A DNA stretch of 34,385 bases, from NCBI RefSeq assembly GCF_001194135.2, contig NC_068983.1:88432913-88467297 (forward strand). The letters run 5' to 3'. The notes beneath the pieces are model-generated. The model was not told the DNA's origin, searched no databases, and saw only the letters and a list, made by a program, of their open reading frames with translations. The translations under genes and the position numbers were made by a program. Within the stretch, counting starts at the first letter, position 1, and each line of letters begins with the position of its first letter. Source of the stretch: Octopus bimaculoides. Lineage: Eukaryota. This document shows, in pieces, positions 25,041-34,385 of this stretch.

Positions 25041-25339
25041 ATTCGCAATGCAATTTCCAGAACTAGACACAAGACGTCCACACGAAAGGGAGCACGTGTA
25101 GAGTTCTACAAATTACATTCAGTGTATCATTTCAAATGTCTTCAATCTGGCGCGCTAAGTCCGGAAATAATTTTGCAGTTAATAAATTTTTGCAGCTAAT
25201 TTACCGGTTTGAGAACACTATTGTATAAAATTTATTAATGAGGGTAGAAATTGATATTAATCAATTAAAACCAGTGGTTTACACGTGCTCCTTTTCGTGT
25301 GGATGCCTTATGTCTAGTTCTGGAAATTGCATTGCAAAT

Positions 25340-25419
25340 CGACGGACTACGCTGACGATCCTGCAGATATTTACTTATGTAAATTTTAACAGGTGAAACC
25401 ATGGTACGTAGGTTAATCG
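25340..25419 (+). ncRNA. Type I hammerhead ribozyme motif, family A (inverted copy)
   Basis: CTGACGA at 25352-58, stem II CCTG/CAGG, GAAA at 25395-98, ACCATGGT stem III, A17 at 25406, stem I CTACG/CGTAG plus CGA/TCG. Confidence 0.75.
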
Positions 25420-26385
25420 TTTTTTTATTTAGTATTTTTCATTTGTCTTGCCCTTTTACAGTCTGTTGTGTCGCTGAATTTTTACTGAGAACATATATTT
25501 TTTTTCATGGTTAGATGATTCGGCATCTATTTCTAGCATATAGGAGTCCACTTTTGCTGGTCATTCCTCTTGTTTTTGGATGTTCTATATGTGTGTGTGT
25601 GTGTGTGTGTAATATTAATGGTTTCTTATTATGAAACCAATAGATTTTACACAGGGCTGCAAGAAGTGCTCAGAAAAATTGAGACAAGAGTAAAATATTA
25701 GTTATAGAATAAAAACGCTGGGTTAACGACTCAACATATCACACCCCCTCCATGAACATATATAAGATATACAACATAATCCGTCAAACATAAGGAATAG
25801 GAGGATATAACGTAAGAAAAATAACGTAAAAAGAAATAATAAATAAAAGAATAAGAAATATATAAGTAAGAGGCAAGAAATAGAATATATAGTATGAAAT
25901 TTAATACACAAATATATTATACCAACCGATAACATACAAATGAAAAAAATTGAGTTAAAGGTATAACATAATACACATATATATATCATTTCATAGAAGT
26001 TAAAAATAATACGATAAAAAATTTCAAATATATGATATAATATAGGTCGATATAAAAAATAAATAAAATAGAATAAAGAAATGAGGTACCATAAAGTAGT
26101 CCATCGGTTAAAAATCAAGGAAAGAAATAAATTAACACCATTTAGAGTTAAAACACAAAGTTCTACATCTCCCTCGGGCACATTTTACAACTCAAAACCA
26201 GTAGACATCAATAGGCAAGTCTGCACCAGTTAGGCATATATAAGAGTGAATAACAGGCACCCAGCAGGTAAAACATGTAAAATTTAATTCCGCTCACCAT
26301 ATCCAAAAGTTCACAACACATGGGTCAAAAATACAAATACAGCACCCAGCAGGTATCAATCAGTAAAATCAATTTCACGAAAACC

Positions 26386-26484
26386 ATGTACAACACCTAT
26401 GGCCATTTCCTGGGTACACCACTGTATTCCAAACACAATAGAGTGCAAACTGGTGATGATCCTCTCGTCAGGGTAAACTTACAT
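26386..26484 (-). ncRNA. Type I hammerhead-like motif, family B (core intact, sense to the host gene)
   Basis: augua-aguuu-acc-CUGACGA-ga-ggau...accc-ag-GAAA-UGGCCA-U-A-ggu-guug-uacau. Core, stem I with internal loop and palindromic stem III are present. The base of stem II is non-canonical (G.G, A.A). Confidence 0.5.
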
Positions 26485-26771
26485 ACAAATGTCAAGACAT
26501 GCGATTTCTTTATTAAAAAAAAAAAATTTTTTATATATATGAGTAAATTTATATAGTCAATATGGACCAGCCTTAGACAAGCCTATGCAAATAATGGAAA
26601 GATTTAAGAAAAAAAAAAAATGGAAAGATTTAAGAAAAAAAAAATTGCTATTTTAGAATCGTCAAACAGGCTGCAGTATCAAAACCAATCTTCGAGGTTT
26701 CAAATCACCCTAACACAAACTATTACACTTGTTATTATCTATTGTTTTTATATTTATTTTTATTTCTATAC

Positions 26772-26825
26772 AGTTTCAAGAAAGTGGAGGAAAACTTATG
26801 GTTGCAGAAGGGGATTACTTCGGTG
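26772..26825 (+). mobile_element. Possible mariner transposase C-terminal remnant
   Basis: Encodes FQESGGKLMVAEGDYFG, similar to the mariner end motif FQ.W..RW..C...EGDYFE. Cut by a gap. Confidence 0.35.
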
Positions 26826-27224
26826 NNNNNNNNNNNNNNNNNNNNNNNNNNNNNNNNNNNNNNNNNNNNNNNNNNNNNNNNNNNNNNNNNNNNNNNNNNN
26901 NNNNNNNNNNNNNNNNNNNNNNNNNNNNNNNNNNNNNNNNNNNNNNNNNNNNNNNNNNNNNNNNNNNNNNNNNNNNNNNNNNNNNNNNNNNNNNNNNNNN
27001 NNNNNNNNNNNNNNNNNNNNNNNNNNNNNNNNNNNNNNNNNNNNNNNNNNNNNNNNNNNNNNNNNNNNNNNNNNNNNNNNNNNNNNNNNNNNNNNNNNNN
27101 NNNNNNNNNNNNNNNNNNNNNNNNNNNNNNNNNNNNNNNNNNNNNNNNNNNNNNNNNNNNNNNNNNNNNNNNNNNNNNNNNNNNNNNNNNNNNNNNNNNN
27201 NNNNNNNNNNNNNNNNNNNNNNNN
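26826..27224. other. Assembly gap
   Basis: Run of N. Confidence 1.
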
Positions 27225-27373
27225 ATTCTAAAATAGCAATTTTTTTTTTCTTAAATCTTTCCATTATTTGCATAGGCTTGTCTAAGGCTGGTCCATATTG
27301 ACTATATAAATTTACTCTTATACAAAACTTTTTTTTTTTTTTTAATAATGAAATCGCATGTCGTGACATTTGT

Positions 27374-27472
27374 ATGTAAGTTTACCCTAACGAGAGGGTC
27401 ATCACCAGTTTGCACTCTATTATGTTTGGAATACAGTGGTGTACCCAGGAAATGGCCATAGATGTTGTACAT
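27374..27472 (+). ncRNA. Hammerhead-like motif, family B, inactivated copy
   Basis: Same layout as 26386-26484, but the core reads CTAACGA (G5>A) and stem I has a mismatch (acc/gat). Stem II GGGT/ACCC is intact. Confidence 0.4.
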
Positions 27473-28387
27473 GGTTTTCGTGAAATTGATTTTACTGATT
27501 GATACCTGCTGGGTGCTGTATTTGTATTTTTGACCCATGTGTTGTGAACTTTTGGACATGGTGAGCGGAATTAAATTTTACATGTTTTACCTGCTGGGTG
27601 CCTGTTATTCACTCTTATATATGCCTAACTGGTGCAGACTTACCTATTGATGTCTACTGGTTTTGAGTTGTAAAATGTGCCCAAAGGAGATGTAGAACTT
27701 TGTGTTTTAACTGTAAATGGTGTTAATTCATTTCTTTCCTTGATTTTTAACCAATGGACTACTTTATGGTACCTCATTTCTTTATTCTATTTTATTTATT
27801 TTTTATATCGACCTATATTATATCATATATTTGAAATTTTTAATCGTATTATTTTTAACTTCTATGAAATGATATATATATGTGTATTATGTTATACCTT
27901 TAACTCAATTTTTTTCATTTGTATGTTATCGGTTGGTATAATATATTTGTGTATAAAATTTTATACTATATGTTCTATTTCTTGCCTCTTACTTTTTATA
28001 TATTTCTTATTTTTTTATTTATTATTTCTTTTTACGCTATTTTTCTTACGTTATATCCTCCTATTCCTTATGTTTGACGGATTATGTTGTATATCTTATA
28101 TATGTTCATGGAAGGGGTGTGATATGTTGAGTCGTTAACCCAGCGTTTTTATTCTATAACTAATATTATATATATATATATATATATTTATACATACATA
28201 CATATAATTAAGTGGAGAATAGAGAAACAAGCACAAGAAGAAGCAAGAAAGACTATTAACACAACTTCAACTAAAATGTAAGACTAACTTTACCTAACTC
28301 TATTCTTATACCACTATATGCATTACTATATCCACTAACTGTTACTCCTGCATCTCTCACACCATGAACTTTAACATACTTCTCAAC

Positions 28388-28437
28388 ATTCTGAAGAGAT
28401 CTACCAAACCATTTGGCACATCGAAACGATCATAAAT
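28388..28437 (+). ncRNA. Degenerate type I hammerhead motif, family C
   Basis: att-CTGAAGA-gat-cta-ccaaa-cca-tttgg-cac-atc-GAAA-c-GATC-a-T-A-aat. Canonical G10.1-C11.1, a C15.2.A16.2 mismatch (likely CpG decay of ACGATCGT), and only 3 bp of stem I. Confidence 0.45.
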
Positions 28438-28549
28438 AACTCATTATATAATCTCCACATAATTAAATCAATGGCTAACTAGCCCCTGGTTGCTTAGATA
28501 CTTCAGACTACCCCTGAAATACTGAAGCAATCCTATCATATACCTATAT

Positions 28550-28580
<31 letters not shown>

Positions 28581-29214
28581 CACACACATACATGCACACA
28601 CATGTACATATACATTCATTCATACATACATGCATGTGTATATAAAATTTTTTGTCTTAAAACCCACACTTTTTTTTAGTATTCCAGAATAACATTTATT
28701 ATATTCTCTGCCACAGTAAATAAACTGACACGTTCTGCAGTGAAATATTCTCATGTATTTACAATCAAATCTACACCACCTATCCATTATTAATTACCAA
28801 ACTGTCTTGTGACAAAACAACTTAATTGGATCCTGTTTCAATATTTCTCCACCAAAATTACTTCTAAGCTGTTCACATGTGCAGGTACTGACATACGTGT
28901 TCCTTTTGTGCACAGGTTGCATAATATATGCCACTTGCACTCAAGATAAATTTCAGTATACACAAAGAAATCAAATACAATGCACACATTGAAGTACTGT
29001 TTGCATGTGTGTGGCAGAATGACTGTTACACAATTAAACATCCCTGAAGTTCATTTCCTCGCTGGCAAAAATTCAATCACCTAAGTGCTTCAGCTATTGT
29101 CTCACAGACATGTATCTTCTGCCTGAATGGGCAAGAGAATGCTCCTTTGTCCATATTCACTTAATCTACTAGTCTATATTTCTTCCATCACCTTTACTGT
29201 GAGCTGTCACAAGG

Positions 29215-29361
29215 TTAGATGAGGTCAGCAAGGATGGCAGAGATTATACAAAACCTTCGTTTATCTGATTGTCCAATGAATACCTTACCGAACTTTTCTT
29301 TTATAGATAGTAACGGCCTAATTTTCCCTGTTCCTACCTTGTTATTCATGCAGATACTGAC
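29215..29361 (-). pseudogene. Possible GIY-YIG endonuclease remnant (Penelope-like)
   Basis: VSICMNNKVGTGKIRPLLSIKEKFGKVFIGQSDKRRF resembles the K(V/I)YIGQT motif. The GIY half is not recognisable. Confidence 0.25.
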
Positions 29362-30489
29362 CTACATCAATTTCATCAGTCTGGGAAGGTCTGCAAAAGG
29401 TGTAGATGCTACCCTTCATTAATAGAATCATAAGTGCATTGTATGAAATGTCTTCCAGTATTTATTCTGGCTCTCTGAATTCTAAGTTCAAATCCTGATA
29501 TGGTCAGCTTAACCTTTCATCTTTCCTGGATTGACAAATAAGATACCAGTACTGTGAACTGGTTGAATCATTAGAATACTGAAGAAGCTGTTTTGAGGTA
29601 TTTGTTCTGGCTCTTGAATTCTGAGTTCAAATCCTATGATGGCCTACTTTGGTGATAGACTTAAATCATCCCTTGGTTTAACATGACTATCTAGTACTTG
29701 GGTGCATTTAACAGAGTTTGTTCTTGTGTATGCATTTAGAATAGGCCTCTGGTTTTAGGATACTGTCATCTCTTTCTCCCACTATCTCAGAGACCCCAAA
29801 AGGGTCATAAGGCACTGCCCTTCCTCTTCACTAAGCAATAAAAAAAGCTTATATATATAAAAAATAATCATAGGGGCCAGTGTTTTTAAAACAACCTATT
29901 ATACTCTACAATCATACATAGTTTTAAAAATGCTATACAGTTTTTCATATCTTGTGATACACAACAAAGACAAGATGTGTAACTGGTTTAGATATTTGAC
30001 TATCTGTTCATGAGTTCAAATTCATTTCAATTCAAATTCACTGGACAGAATGAAGGAAATGTATTGAAAGGAATAATATTCATCATTGTCGTTTAATGTC
30101 CGCTTTCCATTTATAATAGAAGTCTTCTGGCCACAAATTTTGTATATGGAAGTAATCAATTATGGTGAAGGCATGTAGTTAATTTGATGTATGATGTTGA
30201 CAGTTTTGAGATAGTAGCATAGCTAATTTTGGCAGAGTGGGGTAGGATGTGCTCAAACCCAGGATATTGTGTTCTTAATTTTATCACCCTCCCCATTCCC
30301 AGAAGGATTAAAAACAAAGGAAAGCTAAGAATGTGAAGTGATGTAACTAAGTATTATTAGGTCTTTTACCTAATGCTCAAGTGATTTTACCATCACCATT
30401 TTAGAAATAAAATCTTTTGAAATATACGATAGTTGTGATTCTACCAGAATTGTCCTTCATTGGATAGTTTTCATTCCATATGCAGACTC

Positions 30490-30640
30490 TGGAAGGTGTT
30501 CTTGGAAGAAAAACTCCAAGGGAGAGAGAAGGATGCAGTGAAGTCAGATCTTAAGATGTGTTTTACAAATGAAATGACAAAAAAATCAAAAATGAGTGGT
30601 AATAAGCTGTGTAGCAGGATCAGTCAGTCCATAGGAACAG
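30490..30640 (+). mobile_element. Possible RTE ORF C-terminal remnant
   Basis: The frame TLEGVLGRKTPR resembles the RTE end motif LEG..EG.R.RGRP. Confidence 0.3.
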
Positions 30641-32113
30641 ATGCTAAAAAACTAAGGAAGACGAAAAGGAGGATAGTTGTCAGTAGGGGAAGTGGCGTGA
30701 TGTCCATGATCATGATAATAACAATGATGTTTGTGATGGATAGTGAAAGGAATTTATAGATCACCTGCCAAACATTTCACACACACACACAAAACATACT
30801 TCATTACACTATAAGAATATATGATACCAGCCTATAACACATCTCACTACATCCACCACACTAATCCACACAACACACATATCACACACATCACACGCTC
30901 ACATTGCAGGAGACATATGCACTAACTGCACACTACACCAGACTGCACCCTGTCACATCACACCAAACCACATCACACTACATTGTTTCAAACAAGATCA
31001 CACACAGTCACAACACACTCAGCCTAGACTATCTCTGAAATAGGTGGTTGCTATGGTAACTGGTCATTAGCCTAAGATTTCATATCTTAGCAAGAAAGGA
31101 AGTGTGTGTGTTTGTATCTGTGCGTACATGGGGGGGGGGGTAAGAGAAGGAGAGAAAAGCCACAGAAAAGCAGTGAGAGAGAGAAACAGCAGAGATTGAA
31201 CAACATGAAGTATACATCAACTTTAGATCTTTTCATAACAGATTCAAAACATCTGTAAAGAAGAGAGATAAAAGCTGCAACAGGTCCACTGTGGCATTCA
31301 GCCATTTTATTTATAATCAATGAAGTAACAAATACAAGTGCAGGTCTTCCCTAGAAAACATCTCAAGACCAGATAGTTTCAATCACTGAGTCACAGCACA
31401 CTTGTATGCTGCATAAGGTGTTGATGTGTCACAAGTTTTTGAGACAAGTTATTTAGAGAAGTTGTGAGCTTTTAATGCACTGTACATATGCAGTCTATGT
31501 GCACATTTCTCTTTTAAAACAATTATGTTGTGAGATGAAACTAACTAGCAGCAAAAGTCACTGAGATCATTTTCTCTTGTTAGAAAAAAAAAACACTGCA
31601 TTCTACATTTAAGAACTGAATAATTCTTCAGTTAAAATTTGATAGCCCTTAAATATATTTATGAAAGAAAGAGAGAAAGAGAGAAAGAGAAAGAGAGGAA
31701 ATTAATATGTTACTAAAAGCAATATTAATGCAGATAGAACAATAAATACCAAAATAATTATAAAGATAATGTTACCTTAGAAATATTTATCAGTCCTAAT
31801 ATTTTGAGTTAATTCTTTTCAAAGCTTTAATAAACAAGAGAGATTAAATTGCTTGTCCATTTTGTTGCCATGACAGATCCTTGTGTGAAATTAAAGAACT
31901 ACCAAGGTAGAATTTTAGGCTCGCTGTTTACATTCCACAGTCAAAGTGACAGGGTGAGGTAATGCATGTGTGAGGAGGAAATGGGTCGAGTATTGTGAGT
32001 CATTGTATTCATAGTGTCCACTAATTCAATTTAAGCCAGTTGTCAAGCACTAGATTGCATTTCTTTGATCAAAATAGTTTCTTTCATCCATAGATTACTA
32101 ATATTGATTTCAA

Positions 32114-32318
32114 TTTTGGCACAAGGCCAGTAATTTGGGGGTAGGGAGTAAGTCGATTATATCAACCCCAGTATTCAACTGGTACTTATTTTATCAACCC
32201 AGAAAGGATGAAAGGCAAAACTGACCTTAACAGAATTTGAACTCAGAGCGTAAAGACATACAAAATGCTGTTAGGCATTTTGCCTTGCATGCTAACAGTT
32301 CTGCCAGCTTGCCACCCT
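32114..32318 (-). mobile_element. tRNA-derived SINE, second family
   Basis: Minus strand agggtggcaagctggcagaactgttagc...ctctgagttcaaattc...gcctttcatcc...aataagtaccag; homologous to 19373-19531. Confidence 0.75.
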
Positions 32319-32347
32319 ATAGATTATTAATATTAAAATCTATAATA

Positions 32348-33789
32348 GCCCTCCAGGCAATAACAGAGCAATTCAAGACAGGATGCCCCTGGGAGTTCCT
32401 CTATGCTGATGATCTTGCACTAATAGCTGAGTCACTACCAGAAATAGAGAAGTTTCAGGTATGGAAGCAAGGCCTAGAATTGAAGGGCCTTAGAGTCAAT
32501 CTAGCAAAAACCAAAAGTCTTAGTAAATAGGAAGGCAGACAAATCACAATTCCCTTCAGGTAGATGGCCCTGCTTAATCTGTAGAAAAGGCATTGGTAGA
32601 AACTCCATAAGATATACCCAGTGTAAACTATGGATACATGAGGTGCAGCAATATCAAAGGAAGGTTAACTGGGAAGATAGTTTTGTGTGTGGCAAATGCA
32701 CAAGGGCAATAAACACTGAAAATATGCAAAAAACAGCCTCCATCACATGCCGGGAGAAAAACTAGAAGTAGTTGATAGCTTCCATTACCTAGGTGACCAA
32801 GTCAGTAGTGGGGGTGGATGTTCTGAGAGTGTAGCTGCTAGAATAAGAATAGCCTGGGCAAAGTTCAGAGAGTTCCTACTCTTGCTGGTAACAAAGGGCT
32901 TCTCACTCAGAGTGAAAGGTAGACTGTATGATGCATGTGTGCAAACAGCCATGCTACATGGCAGTGAGACATGGGCTGTGACTGCTGAGGACATGTGTAG
33001 GCTTGAAAGAAATGAAGCTAGTATGATTTGCTGGAGGTGTAATATCTAAGAGAAAAGTTGGACATAGGAAGCATCAGATGTGGTGTGCAAGAGAGATAAC
33101 TGCGCTGGTATGCTCATGTGTTGCGTATGGATGAGGACAGCTGTGTGAAAAAGTGTCACACCCTAGCAGTAGTGGGATCCTGTGGAAGAGGTACACCCAG
33201 GAAGACCTGGGATAAGGTGGTGAAGCATGACCTTTGAACATTGGGCCTCATGGAGGCAATGACGAGTGATTGAGACCTTTGGAGATATGCTGTGATTGAG
33301 AAGACCCAGCAAGCCAAGTGAGACCATAACCATGGCCTATGCCAGTGTAGCGTAACCGCCCCATTTAAGAGTACCCTTCAATCAGTGGGCAATGAACTGT
33401 GCTTGAGAAAACCTGTTGAGTCAAGTCAAGTCATTGCCATGGCCAACGCCAGTACTACCTGACTGCCACCCATGCTGGTGGTATGTATAAAGCACCATTT
33501 AAGTATGGTCGATGCCAGTGCCGCCAGACTGGTTCCTGTGCTGGTGGCAAATAAAAAGCACTATATGAGCATGGTCGATGCCAGTGCCATTTGACTGGCT
33601 CCTATGCTGGTGGCACGTAAAAACCACCCACTACACTCTCGGAGTGGTTGACGTTAGGAAAGGCATCCAGCTGTAGAAACCTAGCCAGATCAGATTGAAG
33701 CCTGGTGAAGCCTCCTGGCTTGTCAGTCCTCAGTCAAATCGTCCAACCCATGCCAGCATGGAAAGTAGACGTCAAACGATGATGATGAT
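32348..33789 (+). mobile_element. 5'-truncated RTE-clade LINE (RT with YADD motif to 3' tail), frameshifted
   Basis: ALQAITEQFKTGCPWEFLYADDLALIAES...GLRVNLAKTK and GEKLEVVDSFHYLGDQVSSGGGCSESVAARIRIAWAKFRE...LHGSETW. Ends with the 3' UTR and (GAT)n tail. Confidence 0.9.
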
Positions 33790-34230
33790 AAATTGTAGCA
33801 GCTATGACCTTGTTCACATTCTACCAGCCACTCTATTCCTGGAGCTAAACTTAAAACAAGATCCCCTACCTTTAGCTTAGGAGTCCTGTGCAAGATTTCC
33901 AGGCTCCTCTCTCAGATCCTAAAACCTATACTCTGAATCTTCCCTAAAGATTCCCATCTGAAGTTCTGATGAAGTTATCCAAAGGGTCCATCAAGTCAAA
34001 CCCAAATTCAGATCATGAGTGTTCAACAGTATAATATTTAGTTTATACACTGAACTTAAAAAGCCTGTCCTTTATGCTGGCATAGGGTGGACACTTTGAC
34101 AAGATCTGATGATCCAGAGAACTGTGTTGAGCTCCAATGTCTCTTTTGGCATAGTTTCTATGGCCAGACGCCCTTTCATATCCCATCCATTTTACAGAAT
34201 GATCTTTACTCCTTCTCTTGATGCAGTCCT
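33790..34230 (-). mobile_element. Possible decayed Tx1/L1-like endonuclease fragment
   Basis: Broken minus-strand frames (…DLN… / …LMDPLDNFIRTS… / …GRFRV…) loosely resemble the APE GDxN region. Confidence 0.3.
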
Positions 34231-34385
34231 CAAACCCAACAGATCATTTCAAAGCGCATCCAAACCATGCCAGCTGGAACAACATTTAAATGATGATGGT
34301 GATGTATGTGTGTGTGTGTATAGACACACACACACATACATATAAATACACATGTATATACATATGTGTGTATGTGTGCGTATAT

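Larger units (their letters stand above)
24701..25582 (-). mobile_element. Non-autonomous Penelope-like pLTR / retrozyme-like element with direct and inverted terminal copies
   Basis: 55-bp direct repeat (24701-24755 and 25224-25278, 1 mismatch). Inverted repeat 24795-25100 and 25280-25582 is about 95% identical by eye. Each arm carries a hammerhead motif. CpG-rich compared with its surroundings. Confidence 0.7.
25694..28167. repeat. Large inverted repeat with arms 25694-26659 and 27225-28167
   Basis: Arms of about 950 bp, about 97% identical by manual comparison. The left arm has a tandem duplication of about 26 nt at 26595-26644. The spacer includes a 399-N gap, and the right arm starts at the gap edge. 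Confidence 0.85.

Noticed and set aside
25723-28138. 152/153-aa very hydrophobic ORF kept in both arms of the large inverted repeat, with an in-frame 3-nt indel
   Set aside because: The strand is extremely T-rich, which depletes stops and yields F/L/Y/I. The arms are about 97% identical, so shared openness is expected. No domain is recognisable.
30460-30759. 99-aa plus-strand ORF
   Set aside because: It overlaps an RTE-like remnant in another frame and ends in low-complexity (ATG/ATA) repeats. No splice partner found.
31216-31252. Candidate 37-nt upstream exon (CFESVMKRSKVD) ending in phase 0
   Set aside because: Good acceptor and compatible phase, but a weak donor (gtatac) and too short to separate from chance without RNA data.

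Overview
AT-rich, repeat-dense animal genomic DNA with four N gaps. The SINE and RTE-LINE tails are of the type I recognise from Octopus (inference, no database search run). I find one minus-strand protein-coding gene as four phase-compatible GT-AG exons (24404-24603, 9867-9994, 7671-7749, 729-1022). They join into 233 uninterrupted codons of an unidentified protein, and the gene continues beyond these exons at both ends. The rest is intronic repeat: RTE LINE fragments, tRNA-derived SINEs, decayed Tx1/L1-like LINE pieces, an internally deleted POGK-like pogo transposon carrying a nested hAT-like MITE, and microsatellites. The most notable structure is at 24.7-28.4 kb, just upstream of the first detected exon. 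It holds five type I hammerhead-ribozyme-like motifs from three unrelated sequence families, each with a different palindromic stem III (ACCATGGT, ATGGCCAT, ACGATC[G>A]T). Four of them lie in long inverted repeats typical of Penelope-like element pLTRs, and one family sits in a 523-nt ORF-less unit present about 1.1 times (retrozyme-like). All RNA folds were read by eye, and ribozyme activity is untested.
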